Assembly: GCA_046539845.1 (NCBI GenBank)
Contig: JBKHGE010000001.1
Location: 62,001 to 126,000 of the forward strand
Direction of reading: 5' to 3'
DNA from: Desulfonatronovibrionaceae bacterium
GTDB taxonomy: Bacteria; Desulfobacterota; Desulfovibrionia; Desulfovibrionales; Desulfonatronovibrionaceae
Length of the DNA: 64,000 nucleotides
In this document: in pieces, positions 1 to 10,348 of the stretch
Layout of the letters: each line of letters begins with the position of its first letter
Numbering within the stretch: the first letter of the stretch is position 1
Position numbers and translations under genes: made by a program
The notes under the pieces: model-generated
Database searches by the model: none
What the model saw: the letters and a program-made list of their open reading frames with translations, nothing else
What the model was told of the DNA's origin: nothing

Positions 1-642
1 TCCGGTAACAATCTGCCCCTCTTCCAGATCCTGCAGGAGCTTTTGTCTCTGCTCGTCCCGTTCCTTTTCCAATAAAACCCGCCTGGAGACAATCACATTG
101 CTACGGCGGCGGTTGATTTTCAGGATCTTGAAGTCAAAGTCCTGATCCACAAGGGCATCCATGTCCGGGACGGGACGCAGATCCACGTGCGATCCGGGCA
201 GGAAGGCCTCGATTCCGCCGAGATCCACATGATAGCCGCCCTTGATGCGGCGGCTTATCCGTCCGCTGACGACCTCGTCCTCTTCCATGCTCCTTTCCAG
301 ACTGTCCAAAAGCTGCATGCGCTGGGCCCGTTCCCGGGAAAGGTTAACGATCCCTTCTTCTTCGTCCTTGTAGGCGACAAAAACGTCCACCTTGTCGCCC
401 TCGCTGACAGTGATATTGCCCTCACTGTCAACAAATTCCTTGATCGGAATCTGCCCCTCGGACTTGAAATTCACATCCACCAGGACATGATCCTTTCCGA
501 CCCGGACGACTTCCCCGGAGACTATTCCTCCTTCATGAACGTCTCCAAAGTCGTCGTTGAGATAATTCTCCAGTTCTTCGGCAAAATTTACATCCATGTC
601 CAAAGAACTGTCTTCCATTGGTTGAGTTGTTGTGTTTTCCAT
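1..642 (-). CDS. rpsA: 30S ribosomal protein S1, 5' part; runs off the window start
   Basis: My translation of the - strand from ATG at 642 gives MENTTTQPMEDSSLDMDVNFAEELENYL...GEVVRVGKDHVLVDVNFKSEGQIP...AFLPGSHVDLRPVPDMDALV, typical S1 repeats. Not in the ORF track because there is no stop in the window. Confidence 0.95.
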   Translation of the reverse strand, partial: MENTTTQPMEDSSLDMDVNFAEELENYLNDDFGDVHEGGIVSGEVVRVGKDHVLVDVNFKSEGQIPIKEFVDSEGNITVSEGDKVDVFVAYKDEEEGIVNLSRERAQRMQLLDSLERSMEEDEVVSGRISRRIKGGYHVDLGGIEAFLPGSHVDLRPVPDMDALVDQDFDFKILKINRRRSNVIVSRRVLLEKERDEQRQKLLQDLEEGQIVTG

Positions 643-817
643 ATTACCCCCTAACACATAATTTATGCGCTGCTAACTAGCAGATAGCTGACTGCTTGAC
701 AACCGAAAATCCGCATGTGCCAAGGAAAAATTCACACCCCCCGGGGACCGGCCCCGGACGGGAGGAACCAAGGCCAGCAGGCTAAGAAACCGCGGTTTGC
801 GGTGTAAAAAACAAAAA

Positions 818-2119
818 TCAGGTCATGGCCACCAGGTCATAGTCCTTTGCCTCCTGGACAATGGCCCGGAGTATTTTTCCCGGGATCACGTCCGGTCCGC
901 TTATATAGGTAATGCCGTCCACTTCCGGGGCCTGAAACCAAGTCCTGCCGGTATGCAAACCCGGCCATTCCGGGTGCGGCTCGTCCACAAGCACTTCCAC
1001 CTCCCGGTCTTCGTAGTCCCTGAGGTGCTCGGTGCTGATGCTCCGCTGCACGGCCATCAGCTCCTCCAGGCGTTTTTGCTTTTCCTTGGATTTTACCTGC
1101 TCCGGGAAACCGGCCGCTCTGGTCCCCTCTTCCGGATAATAGGGGAAAGCGCCCAGACTGTGGAAGCGATTGCGGGCGGCAAAGGCGATCAGGCGATCGA
1201 AGTGCCGTGGTTTCTCCCCGGGGAACCCGACAATCATGGTGGTCCGCAGGGCAGCTCCCGGGACCCGGCCGCGGATAAGGTCCACCACTTCCTGGGGGTC
1301 CAGCGCAAAAGGCCTCCCCATACGCCGCAGGATGTGTGGATCGGCGTGTTGCAGAGGGACGTCAAAATAGGGAAGCATCCGCTCTCCGGCCCAGGCCATA
1401 AAATCCAAGAGCTCCCGGGTAATCCCGGAGGGATACATATACATCAGCCGCAGGCGCTTCAGCCCGGTCAGGCGCAAGAGTCTGTCCAGGACACGGACCA
1501 GCCCGTCTTTCTCGCCCAGATCCCTGCCGTAGGCGGTTGTATCCTGGGCCACGAGGACCAGTTCCTTTGCCCCCTGGTCCAGAAGAGCCTGGGCGTCCTT
1601 TGCTATCTGTTCCCGAGGCCTGGAGCGCAAGCGGCCGCGCAGGGAAGGTATGGTGCAAAACGAGCATTTTTTATTGCATCCATCGCTCAGCATCACATAT
1701 CCGTATCCGGGCCCGGTGGTCAGGACCTGCTCTTTTTCGACCGTTTGGAGTTTAAACCTCTCCCGGACAAGGGAACAGAGTTCGGCCTGACGCGGTATGT
1801 CTACAAACCAATCCACTTCCGGGAGCAGGGAATACAGCTTTTTCCGGCCATACCTGGCCACCAGGCATCCGGTGACCGCCAGAAGCGGCCTGGTTTTTTT
1901 TCCCCTGCCCTTTATCACCTCGCCCAAAGCGATAATCTCCTGCAGGGATTCCTCCACTGCCGGCGCGATAAAGGCACAGGTGTTTACCAGGACCAGATCG
2001 GCCCTTTCCGGCTTGTTTGCAGGTTCCCAGGCCTCTCCAAGCCCGCCGAGGATCTTTTCCGTATCCACTCTGTTCTTGGGGCAGCCCAAAGACAGTGTAT
2101 ATATCTTGAGTTTTTGCAT
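818..2119 (-). CDS. rimO: Ribosomal protein S12 methylthiotransferase (radical SAM)
   Basis: SLGCPKNRVD, VNTCAFI, GCNKKCSFC, C-terminal TRAM domain with QAPEVDG. Start moved to ATG 2119 (MQKLKIY) behind an AGGAG SD. Confidence 0.93.
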   Translation of the reverse strand: MQKLKIYTLSLGCPKNRVDTEKILGGLGEAWEPANKPERADLVLVNTCAFIAPAVEESLQEIIALGEVIKGRGKKTRPLLAVTGCLVARYGRKKLYSLLPEVDWFVDIPRQAELCSLVRERFKLQTVEKEQVLTTGPGYGYVMLSDGCNKKCSFCTIPSLRGRLRSRPREQIAKDAQALLDQGAKELVLVAQDTTAYGRDLGEKDGLVRVLDRLLRLTGLKRLRLMYMYPSGITRELLDFMAWAGERMLPYFDVPLQHADPHILRRMGRPFALDPQEVVDLIRGRVPGAALRTTMIVGFPGEKPRHFDRLIAFAARNRFHSLGAFPYYPEEGTRAAGFPEQVKSKEKQKRLEELMAVQRSISTEHLRDYEDREVEVLVDEPHPEWPGLHTGRTWFQAPEVDGITYISGPDVIPGKILRAIVQEAKDYDLVAMT

Positions 2120-2343
2120 TGTACTCCTTAAGGTCCACAACCGGCACTTGAGGCCTTTTGGTTCGCCGGATATCTTGACCGCCCCGCCTCCAACCCAGAA
2201 CTGATTTTTTGGACCGTTTGGAGTATATTTTGGCCCTGAAGGGCTACCACACGGCCCAAATAAACGATTTAGGGGCCAATAAAACCCGCTTTTTGGTGCG
2301 TCAAACCGTCCCGGCGGGGAAGGACGAGGGCAAATAAATCCAA

Positions 2344-4716
2344 CTAAGCGATCAGGCGACGGACCAGCAGGGAATAGATTATATCCAGATAACAGCGGGT
2401 TTCTTCCCTTTCCAGGTTGGAAACGTACTTCCAAAAACCGTAAATCCTGGACAGTGACAAGAGTTTTTTGGCGTAAAGATCCCAGTTATACTCACGCCTG
2501 ACCCGTTCCAGGGCCTGTTTGGATATTTCCTCCCAGTAGGCCTTGTCCTGTGAACTGCGGCGAAAAAATTCCACCATGCGCTCGGCACATTCCCGGCCCT
2601 TGTTCGGGTTTATATGGAACCCGGAGATATTGTCCTCAACAATCTCCAGAGGTCCACCGAAGATGGTGGCGAAAACTGGCAGTCCCGAAGACATGGCCTC
2701 GACCACGGTCAGACCAAAGGCCTCAAAAAGTGCAGGCTGGACAAACGCCCCGGACTTATCCGCCACGAAACGGTACAACTCCCCGGAGAGGTTCTTTTCC
2801 AGTCGTCTTCCCACCCAGCGGACATTCGCGGTCAGCCCGTAGGAATCGAGCAGATTATGCATATCCAGGATGCAGCCCCGCTCCTCGTGGTCCTGGGAGT
2901 CATCCGGGTTTATATGCCCGCCGACGACCAACAAATTGGCCAGGCCCTGCAATTCACTGTTTTCCGCGTACCACTGGACCAGGCCAACCAGATTCTTGAC
3001 CCGGTCCATGCGGGCCATGGTCAGAATAATCGGCTTTTCCTGGTCCCCCAGTTTTCCCCTGGCCTCTTTTGACTCCTCCCCGAACACCAGGTCTTCTATC
3101 TCCGGAATCAGCTCTAGAAGGCGCTTGCTCTGTTCAAAATACGGGAAATACACATTGGAATCCGCACCCGGGGAGACTATATTGAACTTATAGTCAAAGA
3201 CATTGACCCCGTTTATGACCCGGTACAATTGGGGAAGGGAAAAGAACTGGTAGGTCTCGTACTGCCCAACAATGTCTTCCTTGCCCGCGATCTCCTGGTA
3301 GGTGCTGGTAATAATGAAGTCCGCTGCGTTCATGGCCGTCAGGTCAGAGGTGAACTGGGCGGAAAAGCGATATTGGGGCTCGTTTTCCCGCCAGTACTGC
3401 GCGGAAAACAGGTATTTGGATTTTTCCAGGGCATGGGCGATATTACACTGCGTGACCCGCATCTCTTTGGATAGCAGGGTGGCCACCAGATTGCCGTCGG
3501 AATAATTACCCACGATAAGATCCGGCTTCCCGTTCATTTCCCCGACCACTTCGTTCCTGCTGTCCAGGGCGAATTGCTCCAAGTAAGGCCAGATATGAAA
3601 CCTGGATACCCACTGCGGGACCACCTCACCATTTTTATTCCGAAAAGGCACGCGCAGGATATGACTGTTTTCCGTGCCGATAATGGATTCCAAACGCTGA
3701 TCGCAGGTGGTGTCCCCAGCCTCGGGGATCAATCGGGTCAAAACCAAAATACGCGGCTGGATCTCCAGCCCCTGGTTGTAGATCTGGGTACGCATTTCCT
3801 GTTCCACGGCTCGGACCTGATCCAGGATATATACCACCTGTCCTCCGGTGTCCGGCAACCCCAGCACTCCGGACTGTCCGAAGTATCCGTGCGGCGAGAC
3901 TATCAGGAGATTAAAGACCATGGGCATTCGGCTCAAAAATTTGGCCAGAATAGAGGCAGTCGGGGCCTCCAGGATCTCCAGAAGCAGCCCGAAGTTCTCC
4001 CGAATATCTTCCAGCTTGCGCCCCCATCCAGCTTCAAAGCCAAGTTCATGCATCGCCTGGGAAAAATCGTTCCATTCCGAGTCCGGGCTCTTTCCGGCCA
4101 AAATCTTCTGGCCCTTACGCAGCCCCTTGCGCAAGGCCTCCACAGTACCGATTTTGCCGTTGAGCATGAGCTGCTTGCCCTGATAGTGGTGCAGGCGTAA
4201 AAAATTGAACAGGCTGGCGTTTCCCGCCTCCCGACTCTGGAAAAATTTACCCGAGAGATGACGGTTTAAAAACTCCACCCCCTTGCCGATATGGTGACTG
4301 TCCTGGAGCTGTGGAAAATTACGGTTAAAAGGCCCGAAATCGATTTCCGGGAGGAATTCGTCCACCTTCTCTTTCGGAGCGACCAGGGCCTCCTCGAAGC
4401 GCAGATAGTCTCTGGGCTCTATTTGCTCGTACAAAACATCCTCGCATTGGAATCGAAAGAACTCCCAGTTGCCTATCTCCGGCCGGGAGGCAAGATATAT
4501 CCACGGATATTTGCTGGCCAGGACCTGTCCGTATCTGATGGCGGTGTAGATATCCGAATCCCCAATGGCGGCATGTTCCTCTCTGGCTTCGAATTCCTCC
4601 AGGATATCCAATATATCCGACCTGAGGAGAAAGATCCTCTTTGCGGACAGGATGCGGCGCAAAAGGAGGTATAGGGCCCTGCGCACCTCCGCAGTGAGCG
4701 AGGACGAACCATCCAT
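2344..4716 (-). CDS. Sucrose synthase (GT4)
   Basis: GVEFLNRHLS, SPHGYFGQ, LGLPDTGGQVVYILDQVRA, GNYSDGNLVA, QCNIAHALEK, FEAFGLTVVEAM are sucrose synthase signatures. Start placed at MDGSS (uncertain). Confidence 0.93.
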   Translation of the reverse strand: MDGSSSLTAEVRRALYLLLRRILSAKRIFLLRSDILDILEEFEAREEHAAIGDSDIYTAIRYGQVLASKYPWIYLASRPEIGNWEFFRFQCEDVLYEQIEPRDYLRFEEALVAPKEKVDEFLPEIDFGPFNRNFPQLQDSHHIGKGVEFLNRHLSGKFFQSREAGNASLFNFLRLHHYQGKQLMLNGKIGTVEALRKGLRKGQKILAGKSPDSEWNDFSQAMHELGFEAGWGRKLEDIRENFGLLLEILEAPTASILAKFLSRMPMVFNLLIVSPHGYFGQSGVLGLPDTGGQVVYILDQVRAVEQEMRTQIYNQGLEIQPRILVLTRLIPEAGDTTCDQRLESIIGTENSHILRVPFRNKNGEVVPQWVSRFHIWPYLEQFALDSRNEVVGEMNGKPDLIVGNYSDGNLVATLLSKEMRVTQCNIAHALEKSKYLFSAQYWRENEPQYRFSAQFTSDLTAMNAADFIITSTYQEIAGKEDIVGQYETYQFFSLPQLYRVINGVNVFDYKFNIVSPGADSNVYFPYFEQSKRLLELIPEIEDLVFGEESKEARGKLGDQEKPIILTMARMDRVKNLVGLVQWYAENSELQGLANLLVVGGHINPDDSQDHEERGCILDMHNLLDSYGLTANVRWVGRRLEKNLSGELYRFVADKSGAFVQPALFEAFGLTVVEAMSSGLPVFATIFGGPLEIVEDNISGFHINPNKGRECAERMVEFFRRSSQDKAYWEEISKQALERVRREYNWDLYAKKLLSLSRIYGFWKYVSNLEREETRCYLDIIYSLLVRRLIA

Positions 4717-4823
4717 GTTATGTGAATTCAAAACCAAGACCCGGCTCCTTGTGCTGCGGCATTGCCCGTCCGCAGGCCAGTATTTTATTCCGGATTCCCG
4801 ACTTCGCCTTAAAAATAAGTCGT

Positions 4824-6977
4824 TCAGGTGACAAACCGGAAATGTTGCAACCCCTCGATAATCCCCCGAGCAAAGCATCCCCGGGCAAAGTACAGTCTTT
4901 CGCCTTCGGCCAGATTCTTCAGCTCCCGGCTGTAGTTTCCGACCACAACCGAGTATGTGCTGCCGTTCAGCATCTCCCGGTCATTCCCGGAATCTCCGGC
5001 CACCAGCACATCGTTGAAATCAAGCCCCCAGCGCACACATACAAATCTAATGGCGTGCCCCTTAGAGGCCCGAACCGGGAGCAGATCCAAAAACTGCTGG
5101 TGTGACTTGATGATCTTCACGTGGACCTGGTGCTGGCGCAGTTTCTTTTTCAGCCAGCGCACCCCCGGGAATTTGCGGGCCTTATAGAAATAGCTGACCT
5201 TGAATTTACGCTGTTCGCGCTCTGGTTGCAACTCAACACCAGGCACCTCCTGCATGACCCGGATTATTTTTTCTCGATTCCAGTCATGGTTAATATGCCG
5301 CGCCCAGTCCTTGTCCGGGACGACCTGTTTACCGTAATGGATCTCGCTGCCAACCGCGGAGATTATTACCTCCGGCAAAGGGACATTGTTTTCCTTCAGG
5401 ACTTGGACAATGCTCTCCACGGTTCGGCCCGAGGCTACACCCAGCCCGAGACTCCCTTTTTGACCGTTTAAAAGTTCGATAAACTCTTTTAAGGCCTCGC
5501 TGTCACCGATCAGTGTGTTGTCGATATCGCTTATCAGAAGCCGTCCGGCTACCGGCAGCTGGAGCTTACTCTTGGACAGCTCGTTTTTGACGCTGAAAAT
5601 ATTTTTCTTTTTTTGACTCGAGGCAATGATCTTTTTTTTCAGTCTCTGGATATACTTCTGGGCGTGCGCATCCCAGGAATAATAGCGTCTGACCCCTTTT
5701 CTGGCCTGCCTAGACTTTATTTTCCACAGCTCTTGGTCAGCAATCAGTTTGGCCGCCTTCCGGGCCATGCCCTGCTTGTCAGTTGGGTCTATCAGGTAGC
5801 CGTGTCTGCAATTGCGGATAATTTCCCTGGGGCCCCCATCATTTGTGGACACTACCGGCAATCCGGAGGCAGCCGCCTCGATCAGAGTCAGGCCAAACGG
5901 TTCAGTATAGGCCGGATTGACAAAGACCCCCCGGGTCTTGGCGGCTATCCGATACAGATCCGGAATGTCGCTCAGCCGGTGCTTTTTGGGATAGGCCACC
6001 TGACCGTACAAATCGTATTTATCCACCAGGGCAAGCACCTTCCATATAACCCGCTTGGCTTTTGGCTGCAGATCCAGAATGCCTTCCCGGGTACCCAAAA
6101 TGAGCACCAGATTGCAGTTCTCGCGCAGAAACCGGCTCCCGACAAAGGCCTCAACCAGTGTGACCGTATTTTTCTTTTCCGCCGGACGGTTGACGGTCAG
6201 GACCATAGGCCGGGTTGGATAGCGCAGGAACTTTTTCAATTCCTCCATAATCGGAACCTTGAATGAGCGCTGCTTGGGCGGTGTAAAATCCTCTGTGCTC
6301 ACTCCGGGCGGAATAGTGACCATCTTTTGGGGGAGATAGTTATCATACTCCTGGTACTGTTCATTTCTTTCCTGCCTGGTACTGGTAACCACCATAGAGG
6401 CGTTGGCCAGGGCTATTTCTTCCGCCTCAATGCGAGTGTCTATATTGTACCGCTGGCGCACGGTATCCACTTTCATTCCCTGTTCCAGCAGGCTGGCCAG
6501 CTTTATCCGCCCCAAGGAATGCCCGGTAAAGACAAAGGGCACTCCCAGGAGCTGGGCCAGTTTACTTCCCGCGTACCCGGCGTCAGCATAGTGCCCGTGG
6601 ATGATATCCGGTACCTGACCCACCTGACGGATATGCTGCAGGGCCTGATCCACGAAGACATCCATGTACGGCCATAAAACCTCTTTGCGCAGGTAGCGGT
6701 TGGGGCCGCATTTAATGCGGAAAATATGCACATTTTCCGCCAGGTCCTCTTTGCTTTGGGCATAAATGGCGTCCACTTTTGGATCGATAACCTTGCGGGT
6801 CAAAAGATCCACTCTCCGGACGTTGGGGTTTTTGCCCAGGGCCCGAGCCAGTTCAATAACATACTTGACCTGTCCACCTGTGTCCGGGTCCCGGCCCAGT
6901 TCCGGTTCCTGTCCCCGTACCAGACCGTGCACGCTCAGATGCAAAAGATACAATACATCTTTACCCAATTTCGACAT
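4824..6977 (-). CDS. Sucrose-phosphate synthase with fused C-terminal HAD sucrose-phosphate phosphatase domain
   Basis: HGLVRG..ELGRDPDTGGQVKYV, HGHYADAG, FTGHSLG, EPFGLTLIEAAA. C-terminal SDIDNTL (DxDxT) and AGDSGND HAD motifs. Alternative start at 6992. Confidence 0.92.
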   Translation of the reverse strand: MSKLGKDVLYLLHLSVHGLVRGQEPELGRDPDTGGQVKYVIELARALGKNPNVRRVDLLTRKVIDPKVDAIYAQSKEDLAENVHIFRIKCGPNRYLRKEVLWPYMDVFVDQALQHIRQVGQVPDIIHGHYADAGYAGSKLAQLLGVPFVFTGHSLGRIKLASLLEQGMKVDTVRQRYNIDTRIEAEEIALANASMVVTSTRQERNEQYQEYDNYLPQKMVTIPPGVSTEDFTPPKQRSFKVPIMEELKKFLRYPTRPMVLTVNRPAEKKNTVTLVEAFVGSRFLRENCNLVLILGTREGILDLQPKAKRVIWKVLALVDKYDLYGQVAYPKKHRLSDIPDLYRIAAKTRGVFVNPAYTEPFGLTLIEAAASGLPVVSTNDGGPREIIRNCRHGYLIDPTDKQGMARKAAKLIADQELWKIKSRQARKGVRRYYSWDAHAQKYIQRLKKKIIASSQKKKNIFSVKNELSKSKLQLPVAGRLLISDIDNTLIGDSEALKEFIELLNGQKGSLGLGVASGRTVESIVQVLKENNVPLPEVIISAVGSEIHYGKQVVPDKDWARHINHDWNREKIIRVMQEVPGVELQPEREQRKFKVSYFYKARKFPGVRWLKKKLRQHQVHVKIIKSHQQFLDLLPVRASKGHAIRFVCVRWGLDFNDVLVAGDSGNDREMLNGSTYSVVVGNYSRELKNLAEGERLYFARGCFARGIIEGLQHFRFVT

Positions 6978-6979
6978 AT

Positions 6980-7888
6980 TCACACTCTCCATTTTTCCCA
7001 GAATTCGCTATAAATCCGGTCTGTTGCCGGAATGGCACCTTTTATGCGGCAGATCTCGGCGGCAAAATCGCCGGCCATGGCCAGAGCCTTCTTTGTCTTT
7101 GCCCCCAGGAGCAGAGCCGCGATCATTACTGCGGAGAAGGCGTCACCGGCTCCAACACTGTCTTTGAATTCTTTGGGACTGGAAGCCGGAACCCTGTGCA
7201 CCTCATTGAAGCCCTTAATCAGGAAGGCGCCTTCTTCCCCCTGAGTGACAACGACGTCTTGGGCCTTGGTTTTGCGAATCAAATCCCGGGCTAAGCGGTC
7301 GAGGTCCACTTTAGAGTTTCTGCACTCGCTTATCTCGGTCAACTCGTTTTGGTTCAGCTTTAAATGATCTACCCTGCGGATAAGCCTAAACAAATTTTCT
7401 TTGGACCACCACGGCGGGCGCAGATTCAAATCGCAAAACACAGCCTTTGCCTCTGGCAAATAGTCCAAAAGGGCGGCCTCGGATACTTTGTTGCGGGCGG
7501 CCAAGCTTCCGTGATAAAAAATATGGCTCGCCCGAACTGAGGCCAGGTGGATGTCTTCTACCCGGATATAGTCCCAGGCCGCTCCCGGTTGGATAGTGTA
7601 TACGGGCTCATTTTTGTCTTTGAACTCGACGTCGACCCGGCCGGTAGGGTGTTCAGAATCGATTTGGATCCCGGAAATTTCCAGCCCGCGGGCCTCCATT
7701 GCTTCGAGCGCTTTTTCCCCCAGCTCGTCCTCGCTTACTCTGGAGAGCATAAGCGGATTTAGACCCAGGCCTTTTAAATGCCAGGCAACGTTAAACGGGG
7801 CCCCGCCAATAACCTTTGCCCCGTCTGGAAAGACGTCAAAGAGAACCTCGCCGAAGAGGACAGCCTCATGGCTTTTGCGGTCGCTCAT
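6980..7888 (-). CDS. PfkB-family carbohydrate kinase, probably fructokinase
   Basis: GEVLFD, GGAPFNVA, DLNLR, DSVGAGDAF. First gene of the sucrose cluster. Confidence 0.88.
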   Translation of the reverse strand: MSDRKSHEAVLFGEVLFDVFPDGAKVIGGAPFNVAWHLKGLGLNPLMLSRVSEDELGEKALEAMEARGLEISGIQIDSEHPTGRVDVEFKDKNEPVYTIQPGAAWDYIRVEDIHLASVRASHIFYHGSLAARNKVSEAALLDYLPEAKAVFCDLNLRPPWWSKENLFRLIRRVDHLKLNQNELTEISECRNSKVDLDRLARDLIRKTKAQDVVVTQGEEGAFLIKGFNEVHRVPASSPKEFKDSVGAGDAFSAVMIAALLLGAKTKKALAMAGDFAAEICRIKGAIPATDRIYSEFWEKWRV

Positions 7889-8142
7889 GATAAACCTCCG
7901 GGGGTCTTAATTATACCTTTTTTATAGTATACCAAGATACTTTGCAAATGACCACCGGATGTCTTTTTTAGCCATTTTGTTCATATCAAATGTTACCCCC
8001 CCCGACCGAATGCCATTTTTTGTCTTATTTGCTGCTTGTCAGTTCTTTTTGGAATTTAGCCCCTCCTTTCTCTTTTCAAAGCCCTATTTTTAAATTACAA
8101 TTGATGAAATTAAAAAACGTATAACCGCCACTATGGTTAACG

Positions 8143-9081
8143 ATGCCCTGGCAGCACAGACACATCCTGGATATTGATCAGTTTTCAGCTTCGGACATAG
8201 AGTATATCTTTGCCACGGCTGAAAAATTTTTCGAGATTAATTCCAGGCAGGTAAAAAAGGTCCCGGTGCTTAAAGGCAAGAGTGTGGTCCTTTTTTTTGC
8301 CGAACCCTCCACCCGGACCAAGACCTCATTTGATATGGCCGGGAAGCGCCTGTCTGCAGACACCTTCTCTCTTGCCGGATCTTCCAGCAGCCTGAAAAAA
8401 GGCGAGTCTTTACGGGATACCGCACTCACCCTCCGGGCCATGAATCCGGACGCCCTGGTCCTCAGGCATTTTCAAAGCGGAGCGGCCCAGTATCTGAGTT
8501 CGATTTTGGACATTAGCGTTATCAACGCCGGTGACGGCTGGCACGCCCATCCCACCCAGGCCCTGCTGGATGCCTTTACCCTCTATCTAAGATGGCGCGG
8601 GTTTAAGGGAAAAAGAATCCTCTATGTCGGAGATATCGCTCACAGCCGGGTAGCCAGATCGGGGATAGCCCTTTTTTCAATGCTTGGGGCTGAGGTCCGT
8701 TTATGCGCTCCCCGGACCCTGCTGCCGCATAACCTTTCCAGACTTCCGGCCTCGGTTTATTTTGATCTTAATAGCGCGTGTACTGATGTGGATGCTATTA
8801 TCAGCCTGCGTTTGCAGCTCGAGCGCCAGGGCCAGGGACTGTTTCCAGATCTGCGCGAATACTCCTCTGGATTCTGTTTGCAGTCAAGCCACCTTGAGCT
8901 GGCTGCCTCCGGGGCCTATATTTTACATCCGGGCCCCATGAACAGGGGGGTGGAAATCGATTTTGCCTTGGCTGACTCCGGATCAAGCCTGATATTGGAT
9001 CAGGTGGCCTCCGGAGTCGCCATCCGGATGGCCCTTTTGTACCTTTTATTGGCCGGAGTAAAAGCACAGGATTCGATCTGA
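8143..9081 (+). CDS. pyrB: Aspartate carbamoyltransferase catalytic subunit
   Basis: [39 protein letters not shown]. Confidence 0.96.
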   Translation: MPWQHRHILDIDQFSASDIEYIFATAEKFFEINSRQVKKVPVLKGKSVVLFFAEPSTRTKTSFDMAGKRLSADTFSLAGSSSSLKKGESLRDTALTLRAMNPDALVLRHFQSGAAQYLSSILDISVINAGDGWHAHPTQALLDAFTLYLRWRGFKGKRILYVGDIAHSRVARSGIALFSMLGAEVRLCAPRTLLPHNLSRLPASVYFDLNSACTDVDAIISLRLQLERQGQGLFPDLREYSSGFCLQSSHLELAASGAYILHPGPMNRGVEIDFALADSGSSLILDQVASGVAIRMALLYLLLAGVKAQDSI

Positions 9082-10346
9082 TGTCTACCGTTTTTTTGCG
9101 TAATATAATCTATTTCGGTCAAAGCGGCGACCTATTGCTAGAAGACTCTTGGATCCGGGAATTTTTCCCCGAACACGGGTCGGGGACTGCGGATAGTGAA
9201 GTTCCCGGTGACGGTTTCTTGGTCGTCCCCAGCCTAATCGACGGGCATGTGCATTTCCGCGAACCTGGACAGGAATACAAGGAAGATATTTCCTCCGGGC
9301 TTTATACAGCTGCAGGCGGCGGTTTCGGCCATGTTTTGTGTATGGCCAACACCAACCCCATAAACGACACAGCTCCAGTGACCCGATTTATGCTCCAGCG
9401 GGCAAAAGAAGCCTTTCCTGGCGGCCCATTTTTGTATCCGGTGGGGGCGTTGACCAAAGGTTTGAAAGGCGCAGAACTAGCACCCATGGCTGAGCTCGCT
9501 GACGCTGGATGTCTGGCCTTTTCCAACGACGGGCTTCCTGTGGTCGACGCCTCGATTCTCCGCCACGGCCTTGAGTATGCTTCTGATTTGGGCTGCAGGG
9601 TAATAGATCACTGCCAGGACCCGGCCTTGAGCGGCGAGGGTTGCGTAAATGAAGGGGCATTATCTGCGCTTTTAGGCCTTCCCGGAGACCCGGTGCTTTC
9701 CGAATCAGTCCAGGTGGCCCGGGACATCCTTTTGGCTCAATATCTAGATATTCCGGTCCATCTGGCCCATATTAGCTGTAGACAATCCGTGGAGCTGATT
9801 GCCTGGGCCAAAGAAAAATCCATTCCAGTAACTGCCGAGACTTGCCCGCATTATCTCTTTCTGACCGAGGAGGATGTCCGTGCCTACAATACTTACGCCA
9901 AAGTAAATCCCCCGCTGCGGACATCAGATGATGTCCTTGCCTTGAGGCAGGCGGTCCGCACCGGGGTAATCGACTGCATTGTTACCGACCATGCCCCGCA
10001 TGCTGAGCTTGAAAAGGATCAGCCCTTTTCTTCCGCTTTGAACGGCATCTCAGGTTTGGATACCTGCTTTTCTCTTTTGTATTCCCTGCTTCCGGATACG
10101 CTGTCTTTTTCTGATCTTTTGCGCCTGTGTCTTAAAAAGCCGGCAGAGATATACTCCATCAAGGCCTCTATGCTCAATCCAGGAGAAAGTGCTGACTTTT
10201 TTTTGTTCGATCCAGGGGCAAAATGGAAGGTTGACCGGGAAAGCATGCTCTCCCGGGGCAAAAACACTCCCTTTTTGAATACAGAGCTTACCGGACGGAT
10301 TGTTGCCCATTATATCCGTGGCAGACCTGTTTTTAGCCGCAACTGA
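9081..10346 (+). CDS. pyrC: Dihydroorotase
   Basis: DGHVHFREPG, CMANTNP, KVNPPLR, TDHAPH. Coupled to pyrB. Confidence 0.95.
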   Translation: MSTVFLRNIIYFGQSGDLLLEDSWIREFFPEHGSGTADSEVPGDGFLVVPSLIDGHVHFREPGQEYKEDISSGLYTAAGGGFGHVLCMANTNPINDTAPVTRFMLQRAKEAFPGGPFLYPVGALTKGLKGAELAPMAELADAGCLAFSNDGLPVVDASILRHGLEYASDLGCRVIDHCQDPALSGEGCVNEGALSALLGLPGDPVLSESVQVARDILLAQYLDIPVHLAHISCRQSVELIAWAKEKSIPVTAETCPHYLFLTEEDVRAYNTYAKVNPPLRTSDDVLALRQAVRTGVIDCIVTDHAPHAELEKDQPFSSALNGISGLDTCFSLLYSLLPDTLSFSDLLRLCLKKPAEIYSIKASMLNPGESADFFLFDPGAKWKVDRESMLSRGKNTPFLNTELTGRIVAHYIRGRPVFSRN

Positions 10347-10348
10347 AT

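Noticed and set aside
797..2131. 444-aa + strand ORF, and similar long antisense ORFs such as 15253-16293, 44129-45151, 45368-46327, 51234-52118 and 59896-60699
   Set aside because: They are shadows of well-supported genes on the opposite strand or in another frame, with no recognisable motifs. This is expected at this GC content.
2120..2434. N-terminal extension of the rimO ORF to 538 aa
   Set aside because: It overlaps the sucrose synthase 3' end. The family N-terminus and an SD point to ATG 2119.
7889..8142. AT-rich intergenic region as a possible oriC or PyrR attenuator
   Set aside because: I could not identify DnaA boxes or a PyrR-binding loop with terminator. It is most simply a divergent promoter region.
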